Positions 1-8,993 of a stretch of DNA of 64,000 nucleotides are shown piece by piece (position 1 is the stretch's first letter; the number at the start of each line of letters is the position of its first letter). Origin of the DNA: Verrucomicrobiota bacterium (GTDB lineage Bacteria > Verrucomicrobiota > Lentisphaeria > Lentisphaerales > Lentisphaeraceae); NCBI GenBank assembly GCA_039798785.1, contig JBDKFG010000003.1, positions 32,001 to 96,000 of the forward strand, written 5' to 3'. The notes beneath the pieces are model-generated. The model made no database searches. It worked only from the letters and a program-made list of their open reading frames with translations, and was not told where the DNA came from. A program made the translations under genes and the position numbers.

Positions 1-1179
1 CTTGAGGAAGAGGACGATCACCCAGGCGTTGCAGAAGGAGACGAAGCAGGCCGCGACGATCGGGACGATCAGGCAGGCCTGCGGCGCCGGGCCGTAGCGA
101 CGGGTGAGCGACTGCATGTTTCCCATCGCGTTGGCGGTGGTCCCCAGCATGAAGCCGGTCATGCCCGCAGCCATCACCGCCGCCTCGTAGTCGCGGCCGC
201 AGAAACGGAAGATCAGGAAACGGGCGCAGAGCAGCACAAAAGCCGCTTGCGCCAGAAGGATGAGTGGCAGCAGGAAACTGACCTGGGCCAGGCTGTTCCA
301 GTCGAGGGTGATCAAGGCGAGGCAGAGAAACAGGTTCAGGCAGAGCCGGGAGAGGCCGTCGAATATCGCCGGGTGAAAATCGAAACAACGCCACTTCTCG
401 TCGATCTGACGGAGAGCGCAAGTGACCAGCATCACCGGCAGGAATTCCGGCAGATTCCAGCCCAGATGCAGCGCCAGGCGGTGGAGCAGCAGTCCCGGCA
501 GAAGGGCCGCGATCAGCCAGAGCCCATGGCGGAGAAGCTGCCGCGAATCGAAACCTTCGGCAGAAGCCTCCGCCGCTGCCGTAGCCGCTACGGGAGCGTC
601 GGCCGGGCGCGGCGGCAGGAGGCGCAGCAGCCAGGTGCCGAGCGGCCCGCCCAGCAGACCGCCCAGGAGAATGCCGCCCAGCGCCCCCGCAAGCCCCCAA
701 GTGGCGGCATCCGTAATCCCCTTCGCCGAAAATTCCGAACTGAAGGCCAGCGCCGTCGCCGGCCCGCCGGTGAGCGCAGCCGAACCGGTCAAGGTGCCTA
801 GCAGGAAAGGCTGCCCTGCCGCCCAGGCGATCAGGCCCCCGAGAAGATTCTGGCCCAGCATCATCAGCACGCAGAGGGCCAGGAAAATCCACACCAGCCG
901 CCCCCCCTGGCGCAGACGCGCCAGCGACGCCTCGAAGCCGATGGCGCCAAGATACAGCGTCATCAAATGCAGGTTGAGCGACGAATCGAAATGGAATTCC
1001 AGGCCGCCCCCGAGCCGCAAGGCCAGCAGGATCAGCGCGACCAGGGTGCCGCCGACGATCGCCGTCGGCAGGCTCCAGGCGCCAAGCCTCGGCACCAGCC
1101 TCAGGCAGAGAGCCCCGAGCAGCCAGGCGGCCGCGGCGAGGCCGAAGCTCATCGGCAGGTTGATCTCGATCGGCGCCAT
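1..1179 (-). CDS. gltS: sodium/glutamate symporter (GltS family), 3' end runs off the window
   Basis: Not in the ORF track. Manual translation from ATG at 1179 gives MAPIEINLPMSFGL..., hydrophobic throughout, with GltS-like motifs LTGGPATALAF and RDYEAAVMAAGMTGFMLGTTANAMGNMQSLTRRYGPAPQA. The frame is open to base 1. Confidence 0.85.
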   Translation of the reverse strand, partial: MAPIEINLPMSFGLAAAAWLLGALCLRLVPRLGAWSLPTAIVGGTLVALILLALRLGGGLEFHFDSSLNLHLMTLYLGAIGFEASLARLRQGGRLVWIFLALCVLMMLGQNLLGGLIAWAAGQPFLLGTLTGSAALTGGPATALAFSSEFSAKGITDAATWGLAGALGGILLGGLLGGPLGTWLLRLLPPRPADAPVAATAAAEASAEGFDSRQLLRHGLWLIAALLPGLLLHRLALHLGWNLPEFLPVMLVTCALRQIDEKWRCFDFHPAIFDGLSRLCLNLFLCLALITLDWNSLAQVSFLLPLILLAQAAFVLLCARFLIFRFCGRDYEAAVMAAGMTGFMLGTTANAMGNMQSLTRRYGPAPQACLIVPIVAACFVSFCNAWVIVLFLK

Positions 1180-1188
1180 CGTCGGGCC

Positions 1189-3174
1189 TCAACCCGGCTT
1201 CTGGGAGGATTCGAGCTTGGCGACCAGCCAAAGGCCAAAAGGAAAGAGCAAAAGGGCGCCGGCCAGCACCTGCCCTTGATGAGCCTCGAGGAAGCTCAAC
1301 AAGCCGGGCGGCGGCGCCAGGGTGACCAGCACCGCCAGGCTGTTGAAGACTGCGTGAAGGAAGATGCCGGGGAAGATCGAGCGGCTCCGAAGCGCCAGCC
1401 AGGCGAGCACGCAGCCGGCCAGGAAGGTGCCGGGCAGACGGACTATGCTCATGTGCATCAAGCCGAAAAGCAAGCCTTGGACAAAGATGATCGCCCCCGT
1501 CCCCATCCTTCCCTTCATCGCGCTCAGGAGGGCGCCGCGGAAGAGCACTTCCTCACAGACCGCCGGCGTGACCGCGAAAAGACAGACGCAACCGATCAGT
1601 CCGATCTGCTCCTCGGCCTTCTTCATCACCTCGAGAATCATCTTCTCCGTCTCGCCGCCGCCGCTTTTACCGAAAAGCAGCTCGGTCACGCCACTGCCCA
1701 GAACCTGCATACTGGGAGCGATGAGCAGGCAGACCAGGAACAACGACCACTTCGGGGACACCAGTGAAAGGGCCGGGGCCAGGCGGACCCGGTGCAGCCG
1801 CAGATACAAGAGGGTTCCGAGTCCGAGGAAGCCCCATTGCGACACCGCCAGGCCACCCACCGGATCTGCCGCCTGCAAGGGCATGCCAAGCTGGAAATTG
1901 ACGATGCCGGCGAGAAAGACCAGCAACAAGGCTTCGTCCAACGCCAGGCGATCGCGCCATGGACGCCTGGCCCAGCCCTTGAAGCTGAAGATCTTCGCTT
2001 CCGGCGGCGCCAGCAGAGTTTCGCCGGACCAAAGCTTCGCCAGGAGGACCAGGAGCACCGAAGTCCAGCAAAGAGTGGCCCCGCAGACCGCAAGCACCTG
2101 CGACAGGGTGGCGTCGCCAAGCAGCAGTTGCTGCACCAGAAGGCAGAAGTTGATGAAGGGGAGGGTCACGGTCGCACCTTCGAGAGCGATGCCTGGCATT
2201 GAGCTGGCGAGAGCCGGCAGGCAAGCCGCGAGGGTCAAGGGCAGAAGCATGTGCCCGGCTTCAGTGACGCTGCGGGCGAAGGAGGCGAGCAGAAGAGCGG
2301 CGGCGGCCACGAGCGCGGCGGTGCAAGCCGTCGCCAGCAGCAGCCCGGGAATCGCCTCCCAGGGCAAGCTGAAGTTGATCGCCTCGGTCTGGCCGGAGGC
2401 GACTGCGGAGACCTTGAGCTGCGACATGGTGAGCGTCATGCTGGCAAGGTTGGCGAGGCCGCTCATCACCCCCATCGAAGCGACCATGAGGAACTTGCCG
2501 GTGACGATCTCGAGCCGTCCGGCCGGGGAGCAAAGCAAGGTTTCCAGGGTGCCGCGTTCGCGTTCGCCGGCGGCGCAGTCCTGGGCCATCAGGCCGCAGC
2601 CGACCACCAGCATCAGCAGCATCAGCGCCGGCAGGGCCCGGCCGGCGAGGAAGCGGGTGTCCTTCTCCTTGCCTCCGATGCCGTATTCCACCACCCGCAA
2701 AGGCTGCAGGACGCCGGTCCCTAGACCGGCCTTCTCCAGGGCAGCCAGGCGCAGCTCGGAGCCGCATTTCTCCAGCTCGTCGCGCAGCGCCGCGACCGCA
2801 TGCCGCGCCTGGCCGTCGCCGTTGTCGAAACTGATGCCGTAGGCGGCCGTCTCGCCGTTTTTCGCGGTCAAGGGCCCGACCCAGAGCTTCATCGTCTTGG
2901 GATCGAGTTTGCTGCTGATCGTCGCCTGAAGCGAGGCACCCTTCAGGGCTTTCTGCAGATGGACGTCTTGCCCGAGACTGGGAGCGATGCCGACCGGCTG
3001 TACCAGGGTGCTGAGGCGCTGCTGCTGCGCCTGCCCCATCTCGGCAGTGACGAGCAGCAGCCCCGGATAGAGCAGCGCCGGAAGAAGGAACATCACCATC
3101 AAGGTGCGGCGGTCACGGAAGACTTCTCGAGCTTCCTTGCTCCACACCAGCCAGACCTGTTTCCAGTCGATCAT
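1189..3174 (-). CDS. NatB-like ABC-2 permease fused to a CPBP/CAAX (Abi) intramembrane metalloprotease
   Basis: N-terminal KEAREVFRDRRTL and AGERERGTLETLLCSP...GKFL are NatB motifs. C-terminal EEVLFRG, FGLMH and HAVFN are CPBP motifs. Confidence 0.85.
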   Translation of the reverse strand: MIDWKQVWLVWSKEAREVFRDRRTLMVMFLLPALLYPGLLLVTAEMGQAQQQRLSTLVQPVGIAPSLGQDVHLQKALKGASLQATISSKLDPKTMKLWVGPLTAKNGETAAYGISFDNGDGQARHAVAALRDELEKCGSELRLAALEKAGLGTGVLQPLRVVEYGIGGKEKDTRFLAGRALPALMLLMLVVGCGLMAQDCAAGERERGTLETLLCSPAGRLEIVTGKFLMVASMGVMSGLANLASMTLTMSQLKVSAVASGQTEAINFSLPWEAIPGLLLATACTAALVAAAALLLASFARSVTEAGHMLLPLTLAACLPALASSMPGIALEGATVTLPFINFCLLVQQLLLGDATLSQVLAVCGATLCWTSVLLVLLAKLWSGETLLAPPEAKIFSFKGWARRPWRDRLALDEALLLVFLAGIVNFQLGMPLQAADPVGGLAVSQWGFLGLGTLLYLRLHRVRLAPALSLVSPKWSLFLVCLLIAPSMQVLGSGVTELLFGKSGGGETEKMILEVMKKAEEQIGLIGCVCLFAVTPAVCEEVLFRGALLSAMKGRMGTGAIIFVQGLLFGLMHMSIVRLPGTFLAGCVLAWLALRSRSIFPGIFLHAVFNSLAVLVTLAPPPGLLSFLEAHQGQVLAGALLLFPFGLWLVAKLESSQKPG

Positions 3175-3180
3175 AAGAGC

Positions 3181-3294
3181 TCACAAGTTGAAAGGTTGAA
3201 AGGTTGAAAGGTTGAGCGCCCCAGAAACAGTCAACGACGTAGCCGGATAGCTGTGAAAGAGATAGCGGCGCGAATTTTTATCGCTGTCGTCCAT
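3181..3294 (-). CDS. possible 37-aa small ORF between natA and natB
   Basis: ATG at 3294 is preceded by AAGGTGG. It translates to MDDSDKNSRRYLFHSYPATSLTVSGALNLSTFQPFNL and stops 6 nt before the natB start. No recognisable homology. Confidence 0.25.
   Translation of the reverse strand: MDDSDKNSRRYLFHSYPATSLTVSGALNLSTFQPFNL
3185..3215. repeat. 8-bp tandem repeat (AAAGGTTG)x3 plus a partial copy
   Basis: Read directly: aagttg aaaggttg aaaggttg aaaggttg a. Confidence 0.9.
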
Positions 3295-3319
3295 GTGTCC
3301 ACCTTATCAACTTGCCGAT

Positions 3320-4057
3320 TCAGTTCTGCGCCGATGCAAGGCGCGAGAACAGAGTCGGCAAGGTGTCGGCCTGATTTTGCTCCAAGACTTCAGCTGCACT
3401 GCCGCAGCCAAGCGAGCGCCCCTGATGGATGATCATCAGGCGCGGACAGATTGCTTCGATCTCCTCGAGATGGTGGCTGCAGTAAAGCATCACCCGTCCT
3501 TCCTCTCGGAGCCCGGCGACAAGGTGCAGCAACGATTGGCGTGCGACGACGTCGAGCCCGGAGGTGGCTTCGTCCAGGATCAGCAGGCGCGGACGGTGGA
3601 TCAAGGCGCGGGCGATGCCGACCTTCTGCTTCTGGCCGGTGCTCAAACCGCCACAGGGACGCTCGATGAACTCCGCCATCCCGAGACGCTCGATCAACTC
3701 GTCGGCGCGACGCTTGGTTTCGGCAGCTTCGAGGCCATGCAGCCCGGCGAAGAATTCCAGGGTTTCCCGCGGCGTCAGACGGCGATGAAGACCGGTTGAG
3801 CAACTGAGATACCCGACTATCCGACGGGTCTTTTCTGGACTGGCGAGCAGATCGACCCCGTCGATTTCGACTGAGCCCCCGTCGGGACGCAGCAGCGTCG
3901 CTAGGATCTTCAGGCAGGTGCTTTTCCCGGCGCCGTTCATCCCGAGGACGCCAAGGGCTTCGCCGCCGGCGGCGGTGAAGCTCAGGCCGTCGAGAGCCTT
4001 CACCTCCCCTCCCCGCCCGTCGGCGAAATGTTTGCGGAGATCGCGGACTTCTAACAT
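3320..4057 (-). CDS. ABC transporter ATP-binding protein (NatA-like)
   Basis: Walker A GMNGAGKST, signature LSTGQKQK, Walker B LILDE, H-loop CSHH; adjacent to the NatB-like permease. Confidence 0.9.
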   Translation of the reverse strand: MLEVRDLRKHFADGRGGEVKALDGLSFTAAGGEALGVLGMNGAGKSTCLKILATLLRPDGGSVEIDGVDLLASPEKTRRIVGYLSCSTGLHRRLTPRETLEFFAGLHGLEAAETKRRADELIERLGMAEFIERPCGGLSTGQKQKVGIARALIHRPRLLILDEATSGLDVVARQSLLHLVAGLREEGRVMLYCSHHLEEIEAICPRLMIIHQGRSLGCGSAAEVLEQNQADTLPTLFSRLASAQN

Positions 4058-5655
4058 GGAAACCCTCCCTGGGGCTGACTCGGAACCGAGACCTGGATCG
4101 CCTTGGTCGTCACTCTTCTGATGTCATTGAAGAGGACGAAAATCATCAAGGCCAGGACAAGAAGGATGAAGACATTGTAAATCGGGATGAGAAGCCGCGG
4201 TGAAACTTGACGCCGGCCGATGATCTCCAGTGCGGCAATCACTATGTGGCCGCCGTCCAGCACCGGAAAGGGCAGGAGATTGAAGAGGCCGAGTGCGATG
4301 TTGATCATCAGCAGCATCGTCAAGCCCCCTGCCAGCCCGGATTGCAGGAAGCTGTTGTAAATGCCGTTGGCCATGCCGACGACACCGGTCAGATGTTCGA
4401 CTCCGATCCCCGATTTCGGCTGGAAGAGCGCCGACAATGATTTCCACGAAGTGGTGCAGACCTCGATCAGCTGGGCGAGCGGCGCCTGGTGCACGACCTC
4501 GCTCGGCAACCCCACTCCGAGCAATGAGAACTTCGATGGGACCTGGACTCTCATCAGCATTTCGCGGCCGTTGCGCTTGATCGTGACCGGCAGTTCAGCC
4601 AAGGTGTTGGCCTTGATTTTGTCCGCCAGGACTTGGACATCGCCAATGGCGACGTCTCCGACGGCTATGATCTCGTCCCCTGGCTGCATCCCTGCCTTGA
4701 AGGCCGGCGAGCGATTGTCTACCATCGCGACACGCGGAAATTTTATAAAGGTCAGGCCGACCTCATGGTTGAGCTGGATCTTCTGGAGAAACTCTCGCTG
4801 ATACACGTCATCGCCCCGCTTGAAGAGAACCTGAACCGGCAAGTCCGGTTCCTGAGCACAGAGGTTCAAGTTGGCGGAGATATCGCTCCAATAATTCACC
4901 GGGCGATGATTGATCTCGACGATCCGGTCGCCCGCCTGCAATCCGATCGAGGCCGCCACCGAATCTGGACTCACCATGCCAACAACCGGCGGCAGGATCG
5001 GCATCGTGCCGAAAGAAGGCAGCTTGAGATTTTCCGCGTCGGGATTTTTACGAGGCGCGAAAGGGCCGATGACGATCTTGCGTCCGTCGCGCAGGATCTC
5101 TAGACTGACCTCAGGGTTAAAGACATACTCGTTGAAAAGACTTTGACCATCGCGGCATGGACGGCCATTGCAGGTGACAAGACGATCGCCATTGCGCAAA
5201 CCAGCTGCAGCCTCCGGCGACCCGTGCTCCAGCTTGATCACCTGGAGGCCTTCCGGCTTGACCATCCTTTCCACGCCCAGCTTCCAGATGATGCAGGCGA
5301 TGCCGACGGCCAGGACGAGATTGCCGAGTGGCCCGGCCAGAGCCACAACGATGCGGTCGCCAGGTCGCGCCTGCGGCAGCTCCGCGCCGTCCTCGGTCCG
5401 CGGCTTGCCGTCTTCACCGGGATTCATCTGCGGCAGCAGGACGTAGCCGCCGAATGGCAGCATCCCGACGACATATTCGACCCCGCCGCGGCGGAAGCTC
5501 GCCAGCTTCGGGCCGAAGCCGATGGCGAAACGCTCCACCTTCATGCCGCGCAAAAGCGCCGCCCGCATGTGAAAATATTCGTGGATGATCACGCTCAGGC
5601 CGAGGCCGCAAACGAGAAAAAGGATGGCGCCGATCTGCTGGACGATTTCAGGCAT
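4051..5655 (-). CDS. rseP: RIP metalloprotease RseP (M50) with several PDZ domains
   Basis: HEYFH zinc motif, FAIGFGP, PFGGYV, AGPLGN, NLLPFPVLDGGH and repeated AGL..GD.I PDZ motifs. Start reassigned to ATG 5655 because the ORF-track extension overlaps rpe. Confidence 0.9.
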   Translation of the reverse strand: MPEIVQQIGAILFLVCGLGLSVIIHEYFHMRAALLRGMKVERFAIGFGPKLASFRRGGVEYVVGMLPFGGYVLLPQMNPGEDGKPRTEDGAELPQARPGDRIVVALAGPLGNLVLAVGIACIIWKLGVERMVKPEGLQVIKLEHGSPEAAAGLRNGDRLVTCNGRPCRDGQSLFNEYVFNPEVSLEILRDGRKIVIGPFAPRKNPDAENLKLPSFGTMPILPPVVGMVSPDSVAASIGLQAGDRIVEINHRPVNYWSDISANLNLCAQEPDLPVQVLFKRGDDVYQREFLQKIQLNHEVGLTFIKFPRVAMVDNRSPAFKAGMQPGDEIIAVGDVAIGDVQVLADKIKANTLAELPVTIKRNGREMLMRVQVPSKFSLLGVGLPSEVVHQAPLAQLIEVCTTSWKSLSALFQPKSGIGVEHLTGVVGMANGIYNSFLQSGLAGGLTMLLMINIALGLFNLLPFPVLDGGHIVIAALEIIGRRQVSPRLLIPIYNVFILLVLALMIFVLFNDIRRVTTKAIQVSVPSQPQGGFPC

Positions 5656-5707
5656 GAGCTCTCCGGGGATGAGAGGATATAATACGGCCAAACAGGAGCC
5701 AGCCAAG

Positions 5708-6382
5708 ATGAAACTGCAAGACTTCCCGAAAGATCGCGTCCTCCTAGCCCCTTCCCTCCTCGCCGCCGACTTCGCCCGGCTCGGCGAGCAGGTCGCCGCA
5801 GCCGAAGCCGCCGGTGCCGAAATCCTCCACATCGACGTCATGGACGGCCACTTCGTACCCAACATCTCCATGGGCCCCGTCGTCCTCGAGAGCCTCCGTC
5901 CGCGCAGCGGCATGCTCTTCGACGCCCACCTGATGATCACCCATCCTCTACGGTACCTGGAGGCCTTCGCCAAAGCAGGCGCCAACCACATCACCTTCCA
6001 CGTCGAATGCCCCGACGACACCGGAACAGTCATCGAAGCCATTCACGAACTCGGCCTCAGCGCCGGCATCTCCCTCAAGCCAGGCACCCCCTTCAGCGCC
6101 GTCGAGCCCTGGCTCCCGCAAGTCGAGATGCTTCTGGTGATGTCGGTCGAGCCCGGCTTCGGCGGCCAGAAATTCATGCCGGCCCAGCTCGACAAGGTCC
6201 GCGCCGCGAAGGAATGGACGCGGCGCAATGGCAAAGCCTTGCGGATCCAGATCGACGGCGGCATCGGAGCCTCGAACGCCGCCCAGGTGCGCGAGGCCGG
6301 CGCTGATTGCCTGGTCGCCGGCACCGCCTTCTTCCGTCATGTCGAGGGCATGGAAGCCGCCGCCGCGTTGCTCCGCGGCTGA
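5708..6382 (+). CDS. rpe: ribulose-phosphate 3-epimerase
   Basis: APSLLAADF, HIDVMDGHFVPN, DAHLM, MSVEPGFGGQKF, IDGG. Confidence 0.97.
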   Translation: MKLQDFPKDRVLLAPSLLAADFARLGEQVAAAEAAGAEILHIDVMDGHFVPNISMGPVVLESLRPRSGMLFDAHLMITHPLRYLEAFAKAGANHITFHVECPDDTGTVIEAIHELGLSAGISLKPGTPFSAVEPWLPQVEMLLVMSVEPGFGGQKFMPAQLDKVRAAKEWTRRNGKALRIQIDGGIGASNAAQVREAGADCLVAGTAFFRHVEGMEAAAALLRG

Positions 6383-6396
6383 GCCTCCCTGGGAAC

Positions 6397-6425
6397 GCAC
6401 CAGCCCCCTGGCGCTTTCCTTTTTT
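6397..6425 (+). terminator. possible intrinsic terminator after rpe
   Basis: Imperfect stem gcaccag/ctggcgc followed by TTTCCTTTTTT. Confidence 0.35.
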
Positions 6426-6441
6426 CCTGGACGCCCGAAGC

Positions 6442-6804
6442 TTAGGCCAAGCGCCCATGTTCCAGACGGAAATTGAACAGGCAGCGATGCAGATGTTGGG
6501 CGACCTGGTGACGCGGAATCTCCATCACCAGAATGTCCTGATGGAAGAAGAGCTTGTCGCCGATCGCCACCAGGGCGCCGCAGCCCCCCATGGCCTGCAA
6601 ATGCCGGGCATGGGTGCGTAAATCACGCCCGCGACACTGGGCATCGAAGATCACCAAGTCCCGCCTCCAGGAAGGCACGAGACTGATCTCGCGATGCGGC
6701 CGGATCTCGATCCTCGTCCCGTCAGGACAAAGATCGAAAGCCTGATCCAACACTTCGTCGAGCATCGGACCTGCGGCATCGATCAATAAGCTCGGAGCGC
6801 CCAC
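6442..6804 (-). CDS. hypothetical protein, probably co-transcribed with the yjfB-like gene
   Basis: 120-aa ORF whose GTG start lies 3 nt after the yjfB-like stop; protein-like composition but no family recognised. Confidence 0.45.
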   Translation of the reverse strand: MGAPSLLIDAAGPMLDEVLDQAFDLCPDGTRIEIRPHREISLVPSWRRDLVIFDAQCRGRDLRTHARHLQAMGGCGALVAIGDKLFFHQDILVMEIPRHQVAQHLHRCLFNFRLEHGRLA

Positions 6805-6807
6805 GGT

Positions 6808-6987
6808 TCAGGCCTCGATGCGCACCTGTTCTCCTTGCGGACGCGAAACGTCCACGCCGCTGATCCCCTCCAGCAGGGTGGCGACCTGCTCCTTCTCGAA
6901 ATCCATCCCCTTGCGGAGAAGGGTGACGCCGACGGCGCTCTGGGTTTGGGCGGTGCCTAGGGCTGTGCTGCTGGCTGCGATATCCAT
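6808..6987 (-). CDS. YjfB-family putative motility protein
   Basis: MDIAASSTALGTAQTQSAVGVTLLRKGMDFEKEQVATLLEG matches the YjfB pattern. GGAGG RBS and a sigma-28-like promoter upstream. Confidence 0.75.
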   Translation of the reverse strand: MDIAASSTALGTAQTQSAVGVTLLRKGMDFEKEQVATLLEGISGVDVSRPQGEQVRIEA

Positions 6988-7013
6988 GATTCGTTCCTCC
7001 ACTTAGCCACCAT

Positions 7014-7040
7014 CTTTCGGCAATGCACGACGGAAGTTTA
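7014..7040 (-). promoter_or_regulatory. sigma-28 (FliA/SigD)-type promoter
   Basis: Minus strand reads TAAA-cttccgtcgtgcatt(15 nt)-GCCGAAAG against the consensus TAAA-N15-GCCGATAA, directly upstream of the yjfB-like gene. Confidence 0.7.
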
Positions 7041-7142
7041 GCAATTCTGAGCCAGATCCAAATGGTCCAAATGGCTCCCCCCCTTTTCAGTCTTTAGGGC
7101 AAGGTGTACCTTGCTTCGAGCTCCAACAACTCCGGATTCCCG

Positions 7143-8201
7143 ATGACAAAACCCCGACAGCGCCTAATCGTCACCGGCGGCGCCGGCTTCATCGGCTCGC
7201 ACCTCGTCCGGCGCCTCCTTGCCGGCGGCGCCGAAGTGCTCAATCTCGACAAGCTCAGCTACGCCGGACATCTCAGCACCATCGCCGACCTGGCCGGACA
7301 GCCTCGCCACCACTTCCTCCAGCTCGATCTCGCCACCGCCCCGGAACTGAGCCAGGTCGTCGGCGACTTCCGTCCCGATGCCATCCTCCACCTCGCCGCC
7401 GAAACTCACGTCGACCGCTCGCTCGAAGACTCCTCAACCTTCGTCCAAAGCAACATCGTCGGCACTTCCCGCCTTCTCGATGCAGCCCTGGCGCACTGGC
7501 GCCGCCTGCCAGCGGAACAACGGCCGGATTTCCGCTTCCTCCAGGTCTCCACCGACGAGGTCTTCGGCAGCCTCGGCGAGGCCGGCTGTTTCACCGAGCA
7601 AAGCCCCTACGCGCCACGCTCACCCTACGCCGCATCGAAAGCCGCAGCCGACCATCTTGTCCGAGCAGCCTACTTCAGTCACGGCCTGCCCATTCTCATC
7701 AGCCACAGCAGCAACAACTACGGCCCGTCGCAGTTCCCCGAGAAGCTGATCCCTTTGATCACCCTCAAGGCTCTTCGCGGCGAAACCCTGCCGATTTTCG
7801 GTGACGGCCAACAAGTACGCGACTGGCTTCACGTAGAAGATCACGCCGCCGCCCTCGAAATCCTCCTGGCCCAAGGCCGACCGGGAGAGAGCTATTGCAT
7901 CGGCGCCTCCCAGGAACAAAGAAATCTCGACCTTGTGCGGCAGATCTGCACCGCGCTTGATCACCTCCGCCCCTCCACCCTCCCCTACTCCGCCCTGATC
8001 GAATTCGTTCCGGACCGCCCCGGTCACGACCGCCGCTACGCTCTCGACAGCGGCAAGTTCCGACGTGAAACCGACTGGACGCCCAAAACCGGCTTCAAGA
8101 CCGGCCTTGAGGAGACCTTGCGCTGGTATCTCGAGCACCCCACCTGGTGCGCCGAAATGATGCTCCAATCTCCCCTCAAACGCCGCGGCCTGGAGCCATG
8201 A
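7143..8201 (+). CDS. rfbB: dTDP-glucose 4,6-dehydratase
   Basis: VTGGAGFIGS, HLAAETHVDRS, VSTDEVFG, SPYAASKA, SNNYGP.QFPEKLIP, DRPGHDRRY. Confidence 0.96.
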   Translation: MTKPRQRLIVTGGAGFIGSHLVRRLLAGGAEVLNLDKLSYAGHLSTIADLAGQPRHHFLQLDLATAPELSQVVGDFRPDAILHLAAETHVDRSLEDSSTFVQSNIVGTSRLLDAALAHWRRLPAEQRPDFRFLQVSTDEVFGSLGEAGCFTEQSPYAPRSPYAASKAAADHLVRAAYFSHGLPILISHSSNNYGPSQFPEKLIPLITLKALRGETLPIFGDGQQVRDWLHVEDHAAALEILLAQGRPGESYCIGASQEQRNLDLVRQICTALDHLRPSTLPYSALIEFVPDRPGHDRRYALDSGKFRRETDWTPKTGFKTGLEETLRWYLEHPTWCAEMMLQSPLKRRGLEP

Positions 8202-8920
8202 GCGTCCCCCGCAAAGGCATCCTGATGGCCGGCGGACGCGGCAGCCGCCTTCTCCCCCTCACCGCCGACTGCAACAAGCATCTCCTGCCGGTCCGCGGTG
8301 AGGCGATGATCCTCCACCCCTTGCGAACCCTCCTCGAGCTTGACATCCGCGACATCGCACTGGTCACCAATCCCGCTGACATCCCCGCTTTCAAAGCGCT
8401 CCTTGGCGACGGCTCGTCGCGCACCTGCTGCATTCACTACCTTCCTCAACCCGAGCCCGCTGGCGTCGCCCAGGGACTGCTCCTGGCGGCGGACTTCCTC
8501 GCCGGAAGCTCCTCAATCCTGATCCTCGGGGACAACTTCTTCAAGGCCTCCTCGCCCGCCCTTTTCCGGGAGGCCTTGGCGTCCGCCGCCGATGAGGCCG
8601 TCCTGTTTTGCCGGGAACTCGCCCGGCCCGGCGATTACGGCGTCCTCCGGCGCAATGCCAGCGGCCAGCCGCAAAGCATCGTCGAGAAGCCTCGGGACGC
8701 CGCATCGGGCCTGGTCATCACCGGTCTCTACGGCTATCCCGCCGACGCCCCGTCTTTCGCCGCCCGGCTGCGCCCGTCGTCTCGCGGAGAACTGGAAATC
8801 AGCGATTTGAATCAGCTTTATCTTGAAGCGGGGCGACTGCATGCCTTCGACTTGCCCGAGGATTGCGTCTGGCTCGACCTCGGCACCCACACAGGCCTGG
8901 AGCAGGCGAAGGCCCTCTAA
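8198..8920 (+). CDS. rfbA: glucose-1-phosphate thymidylyltransferase (short RmlA form)
   Basis: GILMAGGRGSRLLPLT..NKHLLP, LILGDN, EKP, PSSRGELEISD, WLDLGT; ATGA overlap with rfbB. Confidence 0.88.
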   Translation: MSVPRKGILMAGGRGSRLLPLTADCNKHLLPVRGEAMILHPLRTLLELDIRDIALVTNPADIPAFKALLGDGSSRTCCIHYLPQPEPAGVAQGLLLAADFLAGSSSILILGDNFFKASSPALFREALASAADEAVLFCRELARPGDYGVLRRNASGQPQSIVEKPRDAASGLVITGLYGYPADAPSFAARLRPSSRGELEISDLNQLYLEAGRLHAFDLPEDCVWLDLGTHTGLEQAKAL

Positions 8921-8993
8921 GTTCCTTCCTTTCTCCTTGATCGCAGCTATCTTCCTTCTTGACCCAACAACACCGCCCGACCAGGTTCGCCGC

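Noticed and set aside
247..1279. Plus-strand ORFs at the window start
   Set aside because: They are shadows of the minus-strand gltS, which the ORF track missed because it runs off the edge.
5656..6042. N-terminal extension of the 663-aa RseP ORF
   Set aside because: It is antisense to rpe. RseP homology begins at MPEIVQQIG (5655).
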